64,000 nt of DNA from Gammaproteobacteria bacterium (GTDB taxonomy: Bacteria > Pseudomonadota > Gammaproteobacteria > Pseudomonadales > Cellvibrionaceae). Each line of letters starts with the position of its first letter. Position 1 is the first letter of the stretch. The stretch is taken from contig SEBU01000008.1 of assembly GCA_004173475.1 (NCBI GenBank), forward strand, positions 20,785-84,784, written 5' to 3'. The position numbers and the translations under genes were made by a program. Positions 38,335-48,852 of the stretch are shown piece after piece. A model generated the notes under the pieces. That model worked only from the letters and a program-made list of their open reading frames with translations. It had not been told where the DNA came from and made no database searches.

Positions 38335-39383
38335 TGTTCACCTGCCAAACGGTAATCGCTATACCAGGATTGCTGTTCAACATGAGGTAAAAGCTTTGCA
38401 CAAAACCAATCTGCAAAGGGCTTTAATTCAGGATAGGCTTGCGTTACCTCAAGGGAATAACGAATTACCAACGGCAAATCCTTAAGGTAGTGCGGTTTGC
38501 CATCACGTAAATGCAATCTAGCGAAAATTCCCAATACTTTTATATGACGTTGCAAACCCATCCAATCAAACCAACGCAGATAAGTTTTTTCATCTACATC
38601 TGCGCTTACCAGGCCCGCCTTTAGCGAAGTTCGATGATATTCCAGGGCAAGCTCGCGGATTTGATCGGCAGGCCAACGGAGATAACAATCTTTCAGGAGA
38701 GACACCAGATCATAGGTGCAACCGCCCCAGAGGGCGCCCTGAAAATCTATTACTCCTAAGCGTTGGTCAGCGCAAACTAGCAAATTGCGGGAGTGAAAAT
38801 CGCGGTGAACAAGGGTTTGCGGTTGCTCGAGTGCGTTCGCTTCCAGATTCGTAAAGAGCGCATCAAGCATTAATTGCTCAGTACCATCCAATGCGTAACC
38901 TAATAGTTTACCCACAAACCATTCGATAAAAATGTCCAACTCCCGCCGCAACAGGGTTCGATCATAGATTGGGATGAGCGAGGGCTTCTCTGGGCAAGCT
39001 TGTAAACTTAAAAGCGTATTGAAGGTCTGTCTGTAGCCTTCTTTAAAGTTACCGGTTGTCAGCGAGTGATAAAGAAGCTCATCGCCAAAATCAGTTACAA
39101 GTAAGAAGCCAACCGTTTCGTCTACGGCTCGAATTTCAGGAGTGTTGACTTCGTTTTCGTGTAAGTAACGCGCTAGATTTACGAATTGCAGGGTATCTTC
39201 TGTTTGGGGCGGGGCGTCTACCGCTAGCCACTGTGATGGCGTGGTAAAACGAAAATAGCGCCGAAAGCCTGCGTCGCTGGCAATGGGAAGCAAGCGGATG
39301 TTTTCAGGCGCGTGGGATAATTGTCGCGCAACCCATTGGCTAAGTTGCTGCTCTCGTTCTTGCGGAGTCTGGGTGTGCTGCAT
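38331..39383 (-). CDS. amgK: Anomeric MurNAc/GlcNAc kinase AmgK (APH-like phosphotransferase)
   Basis: ASDAGFRRYFR, HRDFHSRNL, IDFQGA, YDLVSLLKDCY and QRHIKVLGIFARL. Confidence 0.92.
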   Translation of the reverse strand: MQHTQTPQEREQQLSQWVARQLSHAPENIRLLPIASDAGFRRYFRFTTPSQWLAVDAPPQTEDTLQFVNLARYLHENEVNTPEIRAVDETVGFLLVTDFGDELLYHSLTTGNFKEGYRQTFNTLLSLQACPEKPSLIPIYDRTLLRRELDIFIEWFVGKLLGYALDGTEQLMLDALFTNLEANALEQPQTLVHRDFHSRNLLVCADQRLGVIDFQGALWGGCTYDLVSLLKDCYLRWPADQIRELALEYHRTSLKAGLVSADVDEKTYLRWFDWMGLQRHIKVLGIFARLHLRDGKPHYLKDLPLVIRYSLEVTQAYPELKPFADWFCAKLLPHVEQQSWYSDYRLAGEQ

Positions 39384-39604
39384 TATTCGGGTTCCAGATT
39401 GGGTTGGATTATAAGTTTGGGCGATTCTACCTCAAGCATCGGTAAGACAGCTAAAGGTCCGAGCGTCACACTCGCGAGTTTACGAAGGATTAAATAGCGA
39501 ATTCATTCCCTGCCAAGGCTGATTGCAGTAGAATCGCGGCAATTTTTCGTATGATCTTAAGCATTTATGTAAGTGATGCAATGCATCCTTTCTCAACGAG
39601 ATAG

Positions 39605-42262
39605 TTGTTGATGGTTTTATCCCCCGGATTTCCTTTAAAAAAAATGATTATTGGTATACGCGCTGCCGGGTTTGTAGCTGCCATACCTGTATTAAGTCTG
39701 CTCGCTTCGCCCGTGTTAGCTGCGGACGAATCTTTAAATGATCCAGAGAAACTGCAAAAAGCGTTTGAAGATGGTAGATATCTGGATTGGGTGCCGCTCG
39801 AAGACCTAACTGAAGAACAAAGGAAGCTTGTCCCCAACTCTTGCTGCAAAGGTGCTTATGTTGCACCAGCCAGAACTGATGATGACATTAATGTGCTGCC
39901 GCAAGATGCCCCTACTCGAGCGCACGCCGATGAGCAAATAAGTGAGGGCCAATCGAAGGTGCAATTCAAGGGTAATGTTGCTATCACCCAGGGTAACCGC
40001 ACAATTACTACTGAAAGCGCTACTTATGATAAGGAAGGAGATAAGGCAGAGCTAAGAGGTGGCATACAGCTACGCGATCCTAATGCAACTATTCGGGCGG
40101 AATCGGCCGATATAGATGTTGCTACCGGCGATGCGCACTTCGATGATGCTCGCTTCGTGCTTTATGAGAGCCGTCTCCATGGGGTCGCCGCCGAGTTGAA
40201 TAAATCTGGCGACAATGTTGTAGATTTGCGGAATACCATTATTAGCAGCTGCGAACCCGGTGATAATGCATGGTCATTGCATGGCTCAGAGATTTCGTTA
40301 CATCCGGATGAGCATTACGGCACCGCCAAGAATATGCGGATCACCATTGAAGACATCCCCGTTATTTATTTTCCTTACCTACGGTTTCCCGTGGGCGATG
40401 AACGATTGACCGGTTTTTTAACGCCTGCCCCCAGTTACAGTGAGCGCAACGGTACAGAATTATCGGTACCTTTTTATTGGAATATTGCGCCCAACGCTGA
40501 CGCGACATTGACGCCTCATTATTTGTCCAATCGCGGCTTTATGATGGAGTACGAGCTGCGTCACTTATCGAAGTATTTCAAAACAGAGTTAAACGGCAGC
40601 GTCATTAACAACGATAAGGGCGGCTATAGTAGCGCACTGGAAAAGCAGCTTCGCGACGGAGAAATAACAGAAGCTGAGGCATATCCCTATCGTGGAAGCG
40701 ACAGATGGTATGGAAAGTTAGAGCAACAGGGTGGTCTCGGTCAAAACTGGAGTACGAATGTTGATTATTCAGAGTTGAGTGATAAAGATTATCTGCGTGA
40801 CTTGTATAACGGCTCCATTGATTCCAATCGACAAGCGTTCATTCGTCAAACCGCATCCATTGATTATCGTTCGGAACATTGGTTTTCCGGCGTGAAGGTT
40901 GATGAGTTTCGTCTTCTTACAACCAGGCAACTACCTTATCGCGAATTGCCGCGTATCCATGTTGATGGAAATTACCAATTCACTGACTGGGTTTTAAATC
41001 TTAACAATGAATATGTTAATTTTGCTGAAAACCGTTATTTCGCAGATGCCTATCTAAAAAATCCTGACGATCTTGCAGATCCGAATTGGGACCCTGATGT
41101 AGAAACTCAAAAAGCCCGGCAATCCCTTGTGTATGGTGAGCGTTTCAATACGAATTACAGTTTGACTTGGGATAAATCTTTCGCGTGGGGCTTTGTAAAA
41201 CCTGGTGTCGCCGTCAGAGGCCTTGCGTATCAATTGGATAATCGAACCCTGCGCGAGGGGGTTGATGATTCGCCGAGTTTTTATACGCCGCAAGCCAGCA
41301 TTGATGCAGGATTATTTCTAGAGCGTGACATTAGTTTATTTGGTGAAACATTCTTTCAGACATTGGAGCCGCGAGCGTTTTATTTTTACAGCGACTACAG
41401 GAATCAATCATCGCTGTATAATCTTACTCCAACGAATAGCCCAATTAATTTTGATTTGAGTGATCTGACTTTCAATTACAACCAGCTGTTTCGCAGAACG
41501 CGCTTTTCCGGTGGTGACCGGCTTGATGATGCGAACCAAATTTCGCTGGCTGTCTCTACGTCATTTTCATCAAAAGAAACTGGCGTTGAACGCCTGCGTT
41601 TAGGAATTGGACAAATCTTTTACAAGGACGAACGCAGAGTCACAACTTACGACAGAAATTTAGCTGATCCGAATTCTTCAATAGTTCAAGACAATACTCG
41701 CTCATCGTCGGATTTTGCGTTACAAGTTAGCGGCCAGGTCAATAAGCGAGTTAGGATTAGTGCTGATGGCGCATACGATCCGCGTAACGATCAGTTTGAT
41801 AGTGCGAATCTGGGTTTTCATTACATCGACGATGCCTACCGCATTCTTAATGTGACCTACCATTACACGCTCAAACCTGTTTTTGCTTCCCCTAGCGATC
41901 CAAACCCACTGCCCACTGCTTCTATGAATCAGTTGGACACGTCTTTCATCCTGCCAATCAATAGTCGCTGGAGCATAATCGCGCGTAATAACCATGATTT
42001 TACGCACGGCGTGGAACTAGATGTCTACGCCGGGCTCGAATACAACGATTGTTGCTACCGGGTTCGTGTAGTTGGGCGTCGCTGGTTGCGTGTTGATTAT
42101 TCCGCGCAAAACTTCCTCGAAAATCTAACTAATGATGATTTCGAGCCTGGCATTATGTTCGAACTCGAGCTTAAAGGGCTTGGCAGTATAGATAAAAAAA
42201 TAACCACCTTATTTGAAAAAACTATTGAAGGCTTTAAAGAGCGCGACAAAAATTTACGCTAA
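39605..42262 (+). CDS. lptD: LPS assembly protein LptD (start may be 39611 or 39644)
   Basis: CC..Y near N-terminus, PFYWNIAPN.DAT, TLEPRAFY, RFSGGDRLDDANQ and EYNDCCYRVR. Confidence 0.95.
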   Translation: MLMVLSPGFPLKKMIIGIRAAGFVAAIPVLSLLASPVLAADESLNDPEKLQKAFEDGRYLDWVPLEDLTEEQRKLVPNSCCKGAYVAPARTDDDINVLPQDAPTRAHADEQISEGQSKVQFKGNVAITQGNRTITTESATYDKEGDKAELRGGIQLRDPNATIRAESADIDVATGDAHFDDARFVLYESRLHGVAAELNKSGDNVVDLRNTIISSCEPGDNAWSLHGSEISLHPDEHYGTAKNMRITIEDIPVIYFPYLRFPVGDERLTGFLTPAPSYSERNGTELSVPFYWNIAPNADATLTPHYLSNRGFMMEYELRHLSKYFKTELNGSVINNDKGGYSSALEKQLRDGEITEAEAYPYRGSDRWYGKLEQQGGLGQNWSTNVDYSELSDKDYLRDLYNGSIDSNRQAFIRQTASIDYRSEHWFSGVKVDEFRLLTTRQLPYRELPRIHVDGNYQFTDWVLNLNNEYVNFAENRYFADAYLKNPDDLADPNWDPDVETQKARQSLVYGERFNTNYSLTWDKSFAWGFVKPGVAVRGLAYQLDNRTLREGVDDSPSFYTPQASIDAGLFLERDISLFGETFFQTLEPRAFYFYSDYRNQSSLYNLTPTNSPINFDLSDLTFNYNQLFRRTRFSGGDRLDDANQISLAVSTSFSSKETGVERLRLGIGQIFYKDERRVTTYDRNLADPNSSIVQDNTRSSSDFALQVSGQVNKRVRISADGAYDPRNDQFDSANLGFHYIDDAYRILNVTYHYTLKPVFASPSDPNPLPTASMNQLDTSFILPINSRWSIIARNNHDFTHGVELDVYAGLEYNDCCYRVRVVGRRWLRVDYSAQNFLENLTNDDFEPGIMFELELKGLGSIDKKITTLFEKTIEGFKERDKNLR

Positions 42263-42280
42263 ACAACAAGTGAAAAAATT

Positions 42281-43582
42281 ATGCAGATTAGATTGACGAA
42301 GACATCATGTAGCCTTTTTATCGCCGCTTTGTTAATGGCGGTACCTCCAGTGATGGCTGCTAAACCCGTAGCGCTTGATCGCGTAGTTGCGATTGTTGAT
42401 GAAGATGTAGTGCTTGAAAGTGAATTGAACGATCGTGCCCAAGCGGTGCTGCAACGTTTAAAAGGCCAGTACAGCCAATTGCCGGACGAAGATGTTTTAC
42501 GCAAGCAAGTGCTTGAGCAATTGATCGTCGAACGTATTCAACTTGGCTTGGCCAAACGTTTCGAAATTAAGGTTGAAGAGGCGGAAATTGATCAGGCAGT
42601 TGATCGTGTTCGCGAAAAAAATAAATCCACCGCTGAAGAATTTGAGGCAGAACTTAAGAGTCAAGGTTTATCCGTTGCTGGCTTACGTAACCAAATTCGT
42701 GATGAGCTCACTATTCATCATTTGCAACAGGGGGTTGTCAGTAATCGCATTAAAGTAACGCCTCAGGAAGTTGATAACTTTTTAGCATCGAGCGATGGCA
42801 AATTTGCTACCTCGCCGGATTTTCATATAGGACATATTTTAATTTCAGTTCCGAGCTCGGCGGACGCTGACACGATTGCGTCCGCTGAAAAAAAAGCAAA
42901 GGAAATTTATGAGCGTTTGAAAGGCGGCGCTGATTTTGCGCAGCAAGCAATCGCTAATTCTAATGACCAGGCAGCCCTACAAGGTGGCGATATTGGTTGG
43001 CGAAAGCTTGCCCAGCTTCCCGAGCTGTTCGGTAATCAACTGATTAATTTAAAAACCGGTGATGTAACCCAACCTTTCCGTAGTGGTGCAGGGTTTCACA
43101 TCCTTAAAAATATTGAACAGCGTGGGGGTGGCCAACAATTAATTGAGCAGACTCATGCTCGCCATATATTAGTAAAAACGTCAGAAATTATGGATGACAA
43201 TCAAGCACGTGAAAAATTACTCGCGTTGAAAGATCGAATTGAAAAGGGCGACGATTTTGCTAAATTGGCCAGAGAAAATTCCGAGGACACAGGCTCTATG
43301 TTGAATGGTGGTGATTTGGGCTGGGCCTCACCAGGTATGTTTGTTCCCGTTTTCGAAGAGGCTATGGCTAACACCGCACCAGGTAAAATTAGTCGTCCTT
43401 TTAAAAGTGAATTCGGTTGGCATATTTTGCAAGTCGTTGAACGTCGTAAAGAAGATATGAGTGAACAAATGAAGCGTAACCAGGCACAAAATGTTATACG
43501 CTCACGCCGTTTTGATGAAGAATTTCAGTTGTGGTTAACGCAAATTCGCGAAGAAGCTTTTGTTGAAATAAAGCTTAAGTAA
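42281..43582 (+). CDS. surA: Periplasmic chaperone/PPIase SurA
   Basis: LDRVVAIVDEDVVLESEL, two parvulin domains (GGDIGW; HARHILVK...GGDLGW) and IREEAFVE. Confidence 0.96.
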   Translation: MQIRLTKTSCSLFIAALLMAVPPVMAAKPVALDRVVAIVDEDVVLESELNDRAQAVLQRLKGQYSQLPDEDVLRKQVLEQLIVERIQLGLAKRFEIKVEEAEIDQAVDRVREKNKSTAEEFEAELKSQGLSVAGLRNQIRDELTIHHLQQGVVSNRIKVTPQEVDNFLASSDGKFATSPDFHIGHILISVPSSADADTIASAEKKAKEIYERLKGGADFAQQAIANSNDQAALQGGDIGWRKLAQLPELFGNQLINLKTGDVTQPFRSGAGFHILKNIEQRGGGQQLIEQTHARHILVKTSEIMDDNQAREKLLALKDRIEKGDDFAKLARENSEDTGSMLNGGDLGWASPGMFVPVFEEAMANTAPGKISRPFKSEFGWHILQVVERRKEDMSEQMKRNQAQNVIRSRRFDEEFQLWLTQIREEAFVEIKLK

Positions 43583-43593
43583 TTCGATATTAG

Positions 43594-43666
43594 TAAAGCG
43601 CGGCTAGACAGGTTTTATTAACAGACGTTTGTTTGCTTAATGACAACATGTTTAAGCCGCGCTTTA
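43594..43666 (+). other. Long imperfect intergenic RNA hairpin between surA and pdxA
   Basis: TAAAGCGCGGCT/AGCCGCGCTTTA (12 bp perfect) plus inner stacked helices using G-U pairs on the + strand. Confidence 0.65.
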
Positions 43667-43700
43667 TTTTATAGTCTCATTTAGTATTAGGATAAACATC

Positions 43701-44705
43701 ATGGCCAGCTGTTTTCGAATTGCTGTAACACCTGGTGAACCTGCAGGTATTGGACCGGATCTGATTGTGACTCTGGCCCAAACTGTTCAGCCGCATGAAA
43801 TTGTCGCCATTGCAGATCCCGATATGCTGCAATCCAGAGCTGCTCTATTAAAGCTCCCATTGCAAATACGTATTGTCAATTTCGCTGAAACACCCAAACC
43901 TTCAAGGGCCGGGGAATTGGCTGTTTTCCCAGTGTATCTGAATGAAGTCTCTCATCCGGGACAATTAGCCGTCGCTAACGCCGGGTATATTTTAAAAACA
44001 CTTGATGCCGCTATTGAAGGTTGTGTTAATACGTCCTTTTCAGCCCTGGTTACTGGCCCGGTTCATAAAAGTATTATCAATGATGCGGGCATAGCTTTCA
44101 GCGGTCACACTGAATACCTTGCTGATAAAACCAATACTGAAAAAGTTGTGATGATGCTTGCCACCAAAGGTTTACGCGTAGCGCTGGCGACAACTCATTT
44201 GCCTTTAAAAGATGTAGCTGCAGCGATTAACGAAAAAGAGTTAATGCAAGTCATCACCATTTTGCATCGCGATTTACAAATGCAATTTGGTATCGCGCAA
44301 CCGAAAATATATGTGTGCGGATTAAATCCACATGCTGGTGAGGGCGGACATCTGGGACGTGAAGAAATTGAAATCATTGAGCCGACATTAGATAAGTTGC
44401 GTGCCCGAGGAATAAATTTAATTGGCCCCTTGCCAGCAGATACCTTATTCACGCCAAAATATCTCGATCATGCGGACGCAGTATTAGCTATGTATCATGA
44501 TCAAGGTTTACCGGTTTTAAAATACAAAGGTTTCGGCCAGGCAGTTAATGTGACTTTAGGTTTACCCATTATCCGTACATCCGTTGACCACGGTACTGCT
44601 TTGGATCTAGCCGGTACCGGCAAAGCAGATTTGGGAAGCCTACACACAGCATTGCATTACGCATTAGATATGGTAGAGGCGCGCCGACAGGCGCAATTAC
44701 AATGA
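43701..44705 (+). CDS. pdxA: 4-hydroxythreonine-4-phosphate dehydrogenase
   Basis: [32 protein letters not shown] and [10 protein letters not shown]. Confidence 0.97.
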   Translation: MASCFRIAVTPGEPAGIGPDLIVTLAQTVQPHEIVAIADPDMLQSRAALLKLPLQIRIVNFAETPKPSRAGELAVFPVYLNEVSHPGQLAVANAGYILKTLDAAIEGCVNTSFSALVTGPVHKSIINDAGIAFSGHTEYLADKTNTEKVVMMLATKGLRVALATTHLPLKDVAAAINEKELMQVITILHRDLQMQFGIAQPKIYVCGLNPHAGEGGHLGREEIEIIEPTLDKLRARGINLIGPLPADTLFTPKYLDHADAVLAMYHDQGLPVLKYKGFGQAVNVTLGLPIIRTSVDHGTALDLAGTGKADLGSLHTALHYALDMVEARRQAQLQ

Positions 44706-45559
44706 ACAAAAAGTTTTCAAACGATGCTTCATTGAATCATCAAGGGCAACATAAGGCGCGTAAACGATTTGGTCAAAATTTTTTAATTGACCATGGAATA
44801 ATTCGCGACATAGTACGCGCTGTGCATCCACAAAAAGAAGATTGCATCGTAGAGATTGGGCCGGGCAAAGGTGCGATAACTCAGTTGCTAGCGGATAGCT
44901 GCGATAATTTAAGTGTGATCGAGCTAGATCGAGATTTGGTGCCTTGGTTAAAAGTAAAATTTGAGCATCATCCAAATTTTCAGTTGTTCCAAGCAGATGC
45001 TTTACAATTTGACTTTGCACAATTGATTAAAAATGAACGTCCTTTACGTATAGTTGGGAATCTACCTTACAATATTTCAACGCCACTTATTTTTCATTTG
45101 TTGACTTACTCGACGCAAGTAAGTGATATGCATTTTATGTTGCAGAAAGAGGTCGTTAAACGCATGGCTGCACACGCGGGTGACAGTGCTTATGGCCGTT
45201 TAGGTATCATGGTGCAATATTATTGTGAAGTAGAAAATTTATTCGAAGTGCCGCCCTCTTCGTTTGATCCTGCACCTAAAGTAGACTCTGCGATTGTGCG
45301 GTTGGTGCCCTACAAGGACTTGCCTTATAAAGCGACAAACATTAAAACCCTGGAAAATCTTGTTAACATTGCATTTCAGCAGCGTCGTAAAACTCTGCGA
45401 AATTCTCTTAAACAATTACTGACACCTGATATTATTGAACACCTGCCGCTGGATACTTCGGCCCGTGCTGAAGATGTAAGTCTGGCGGAGTATGTAGCTA
45501 CCAGCAATTTGCTGGATAGTTTTTCGGCGTCCACCTCATTGCCCATGAAAAGTAGTTAG
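44702..45559 (+). CDS. rsmA: 16S rRNA m6,2A1518/1519 dimethyltransferase
   Basis: [32 protein letters not shown] and QRRKTLRN. Confidence 0.97.
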   Translation: MNKKFSNDASLNHQGQHKARKRFGQNFLIDHGIIRDIVRAVHPQKEDCIVEIGPGKGAITQLLADSCDNLSVIELDRDLVPWLKVKFEHHPNFQLFQADALQFDFAQLIKNERPLRIVGNLPYNISTPLIFHLLTYSTQVSDMHFMLQKEVVKRMAAHAGDSAYGRLGIMVQYYCEVENLFEVPPSSFDPAPKVDSAIVRLVPYKDLPYKATNIKTLENLVNIAFQQRRKTLRNSLKQLLTPDIIEHLPLDTSARAEDVSLAEYVATSNLLDSFSASTSLPMKSS

Positions 45560-45563
45560 ACAT

Positions 45564-45932
45564 ATGCATAATAAAGTTCTGGTCAGTGTTAAATCTAATT
45601 ATATGGCGGATCAAACCTTACCGCGCGAGCGCTACGTTTATTCCTACACTATCACTATCGCTAATGTTGGTGATCAGCCGGCGCAATTAATAAGTCGTCA
45701 TTGGTTAATTCGCGATGCTAGAAATAATTTGCAGGAAGTGAAGGGCGTAGGTGTGGTTGGTGAACAACCTCATATTGATCCCGGTGAAAGTTTTACATAC
45801 ACCAGTGGTGTGGTGCTTGAAACTGAAACAGGTATCATGGAAGGAACTTATCAAATGCGCGCTGACAATGGCGATGTGTTTGATGCAGAAATACCGGCTT
45901 TTGCATTAGTGCCGCCACACGCCATACATTAA
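45564..45932 (+). CDS. apaG: Co2+/Mg2+ efflux-associated protein ApaG
   Basis: YSYTITI, QLISRHW, GVVGEQP and YTSG motifs. Confidence 0.95.
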   Translation: MHNKVLVSVKSNYMADQTLPRERYVYSYTITIANVGDQPAQLISRHWLIRDARNNLQEVKGVGVVGEQPHIDPGESFTYTSGVVLETETGIMEGTYQMRADNGDVFDAEIPAFALVPPHAIH

Positions 45933-46003
45933 TAATTTGTGGTTAAAAATATTTCAGAATAATATCCTCCAATATACAGGGCTGAAATAAGGTTCCAGTC
46001 ATT

Positions 46004-46816
46004 ATGGCCACATACGCAATTGGCGATATCCAAGGGTGTTACGATTCGCTCCAATGTTTGTTGGAAAAGGTCTCCTTTAATCCTGACCTGGATAAGTTGT
46101 GGCTGGTAGGTGATTTGATTAATCGCGGACCAGACTCTCTAGCCACCTTGCGTTATTTATACTCAATTCGTCACTCCGTTGAATTTGTTTTAGGTAATCA
46201 CGACCTGCATTTTTTAGCGGTTTCATTTGGTCTTCGTAAAACAGGCCAAAATGATACTCTGAGCGAATTATTACACGCACCAGATCGACAAGAGCTTATC
46301 GACTGGTTAATGCAGGGTAAGCTGTTACATACCGATGAAGCTTTGGGCTACACAATGGTTCACGCCGGTATTCCGCCAATGTGGTCCCTACGTCAGGCAC
46401 AAGCTCATGCACGCGAAGTTGAGTCCACTTTGCAAAGCCGCTATTGCCGTGATTTTTTAGCGAGTATGTATGGCAACCAGCCTAATCGCTGGAAAAATAA
46501 ATTAATAGGTATGGATCGTTTACGGATTATCACCAATTATTTTACACGTATGCGGTTTTGTACTGAGGACGGCATGTTAGAGCTCGACACAAAGGAAAAT
46601 ATGAGTGCAGCTCCTTTAGGCTTTGCACCCTGGTTTTCATTTACTGAGCGCAAAACATTTAACGAAAAAATTATTTTTGGTCACTGGGCCGCACTTGAAG
46701 GCCAAACAAATACTCCCAATATTTATGCACTTGATACAGGCTGTGTGTGGGGCGGTTCACTTTCTGCCATGCGCCTCGAAGACGCTAAATTGTTTAGCTG
46801 TGATTGCATTGCGTAA
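46004..46816 (+). CDS. apaH: Symmetrical bis(5'-nucleosyl)-tetraphosphatase
   Basis: IGDIQGC, GDLINRGP, LGNHD, FGHWAAL and LDTGCVWGG. Confidence 0.96.
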   Translation: MATYAIGDIQGCYDSLQCLLEKVSFNPDLDKLWLVGDLINRGPDSLATLRYLYSIRHSVEFVLGNHDLHFLAVSFGLRKTGQNDTLSELLHAPDRQELIDWLMQGKLLHTDEALGYTMVHAGIPPMWSLRQAQAHAREVESTLQSRYCRDFLASMYGNQPNRWKNKLIGMDRLRIITNYFTRMRFCTEDGMLELDTKENMSAAPLGFAPWFSFTERKTFNEKIIFGHWAALEGQTNTPNIYALDTGCVWGGSLSAMRLEDAKLFSCDCIA

Positions 46817-46937
46817 TTAACCTTATAAATCACGTTCATTTTGTATTCAGTCACGTCTGTTTACCCTGCCGTTGCATCTAAGCGCAACATATCATTTTGA
46901 AGCCTATGTACTCTGTTTATCGCTGAAGGAAAGTTTT

Positions 46938-47675
46938 ATGAAGTTAAAATTATTTGTTGCTGCACTGGGCCTAGCTGTCTCTGGTTTCACAGTTGCTGAT
47001 TCATATCAAACTGAAATATCAGGCGGTTTTGCTCGTTTTGATATCGATGGTGAAGACAAGCTTGATACTTATAATCTTAGGGGCGTCTATCATTTCAAAG
47101 CAGTAGATACGACTAATTTACCTTTGGCAGAAGCGTCATATTTAGGAAAAAACAGTAATGTATTTGCGGATGTGATTGATATCCCCAAGCAAGATGGCAT
47201 GCCTAGCGTGCAGTATTATCAGGTAGGTGCTGAATTTTATATTCCTGAAAATTTCCTGTATGTGAAAGGCGGAGTAGCGCGCACAACGACAAAAGGCTAT
47301 CGCGACAACGATTGGTTCACCAGTATCGGTATAACGCCTATCGAGGGCTTGTTATTGACTACCGATTATTATCACGACGAAGGTTATGACGCGAATATTC
47401 ATGCAAAATATGTAACTGATATTGGTAACGGACAATTTGTTAATGTAGAAGCCGGAATCGCGGACGAAGATGAGGGAACTGCGATTACTGTGGGTGGCGA
47501 TTATTACATCGATCGAACTTTTAGCATCGGTGCAGAAGTTTCGGACGCAGACGACGATACAAGTTATACGGTGCGCAGTCGCAAATTCTTCACTGAGAAT
47601 TTTAGTGGAAAGGTCTCCTATACGGACTCTGATAATGAAAATGTTATTAATCTGGGTTTAGCTGTGCGTTTCTAA
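46938..47675 (+). CDS. Putative outer membrane porin
   Basis: Signal peptide, SYQTEISG, PLAEASYL, GGDYYIDRTFSIG and terminal F; ATG 46938 follows AAGGA. Confidence 0.8.
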   Translation: MKLKLFVAALGLAVSGFTVADSYQTEISGGFARFDIDGEDKLDTYNLRGVYHFKAVDTTNLPLAEASYLGKNSNVFADVIDIPKQDGMPSVQYYQVGAEFYIPENFLYVKGGVARTTTKGYRDNDWFTSIGITPIEGLLLTTDYYHDEGYDANIHAKYVTDIGNGQFVNVEAGIADEDEGTAITVGGDYYIDRTFSIGAEVSDADDDTSYTVRSRKFFTENFSGKVSYTDSDNENVINLGLAVRF

Positions 47676-47700
47676 TTAACTTTGCGATTTTATTTATCGA

Positions 47701-47730
47701 AAGGTCAGCGCAGGCTGGCCTTTTGTTTTT
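47701..47730 (+). terminator. Intrinsic terminator after the porin gene
   Basis: AAGGTCAGC-GCAG-GCTGGCCTT followed by TTGTTTTT. Confidence 0.75.
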
Positions 47731-47934
47731 GTAAAAAATAATTAATGAATATTTTTAAATAAAAATGTTTAATGCGAGTTTGAAGCGAGCCCTGACTTAG
47801 GGCTACTACGGGAGAAATAAAAGTAATAAATTAGTTTGCCTAAAAAACAACCGAGACATCAGTTGGTCGTTTGCTGCTATGAAGCGAGAGGGTGAAAGAT
47901 GACGTCAGCCAGGAAGTTTGACTGACGTTCGAGA

Positions 47935-48141
47935 TTAAAAATCGAGGTCTGAAATATCGTCGTAACCGAGTTGGTCTTTAATGCGTTTGCGCTCAAGGCG
48001 GTCTTCCAACTTGCGGCGCATTTCCAGGGTATGTTGGCTCGCTTCCTTCCCTGTTAGCTTGGGCGCAACATCGTCTTCTGCTTCGATAATAGCATCGCCA
48101 ATTAAATCCGAATCTTGAGAATGGTCTACATCAACTGACAT
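47935..48141 (-). CDS. Small acidic protein, PA3496-like family
   Basis: 68 aa with acidic N-half and RRKLEDRLERKRIK..LGYD motif; GGAG SD; hairpin downstream at 47902-47928. Confidence 0.65.
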   Translation of the reverse strand: MSVDVDHSQDSDLIGDAIIEAEDDVAPKLTGKEASQHTLEMRRKLEDRLERKRIKDQLGYDDISDLDF

Positions 48142-48333
48142 GTGAATGCTCCAGGGGGTACAGGTTTGTATGGATAAATTTGACCCGCGCTATTTACCAT
48201 AGGCCAAAATAAAAAAAAAGAAAAATATTAAAAAGTACCTAGTTTTTTTCTTTTAGTACTTCCCGGGATTAACACCTAAATCAAAGTCCTTCCGGCATTA
48301 TAATGACCGCAGCAGATCGCGAGGGTTTGAACG

Positions 48334-48816
48334 ATGGTTGATAGAAAATTGGCAGCACCAGCGGAGCTCCCCAAAACCTTGATAGGATGGCGTGAGTGGG
48401 TGTCCTTACCAGATTTAACGATTCCATTTATCAAAGCTAAAGTGGACACTGGCGCCAAAACCAGTGCCCTCCACGCGTTTTATCTCGAGCCTTTTGACCG
48501 CAATGGAAAACCATGGGTTCGGTTTGGCGTGCATCCGTTGCAGGCCTCCTTGAACGATGTGGTTAATTGCGAGGCGCCGGTGAAAGACGTTCGGCGAGTC
48601 ACGGATTCGGGTGGGCACGCTGAGATGCGCCCCGTGATTGAAACGGCACTTCTTGTGCAGGGAGAAGTGAGGCTTATCGAACTGACCCTCACTGATCGTG
48701 AAAGTATGATGTTTAGGATGTTATTAGGCCGCAATGCGCTTAGGCGGCGATTCGTGGTAGATAGCGGCAAATCTTTTTTATTGGGCGGCAATAGGTTTCG
48801 CCCAATGCTCGTATGA
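48334..48816 (+). CDS. RimK-associated retropepsin-like aspartic peptidase
   Basis: IGWREWV, KAKVDTGAKTSALHA, LTDRESMMFRMLLGR; directly upstream of rimK. Confidence 0.88.
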   Translation: MVDRKLAAPAELPKTLIGWREWVSLPDLTIPFIKAKVDTGAKTSALHAFYLEPFDRNGKPWVRFGVHPLQASLNDVVNCEAPVKDVRRVTDSGGHAEMRPVIETALLVQGEVRLIELTLTDRESMMFRMLLGRNALRRRFVVDSGKSFLLGGNRFRPMLV

Positions 48817-48852
48817 GAAAATCTAGCGAGCTTCCCCACTTTTAGGTCTCTT

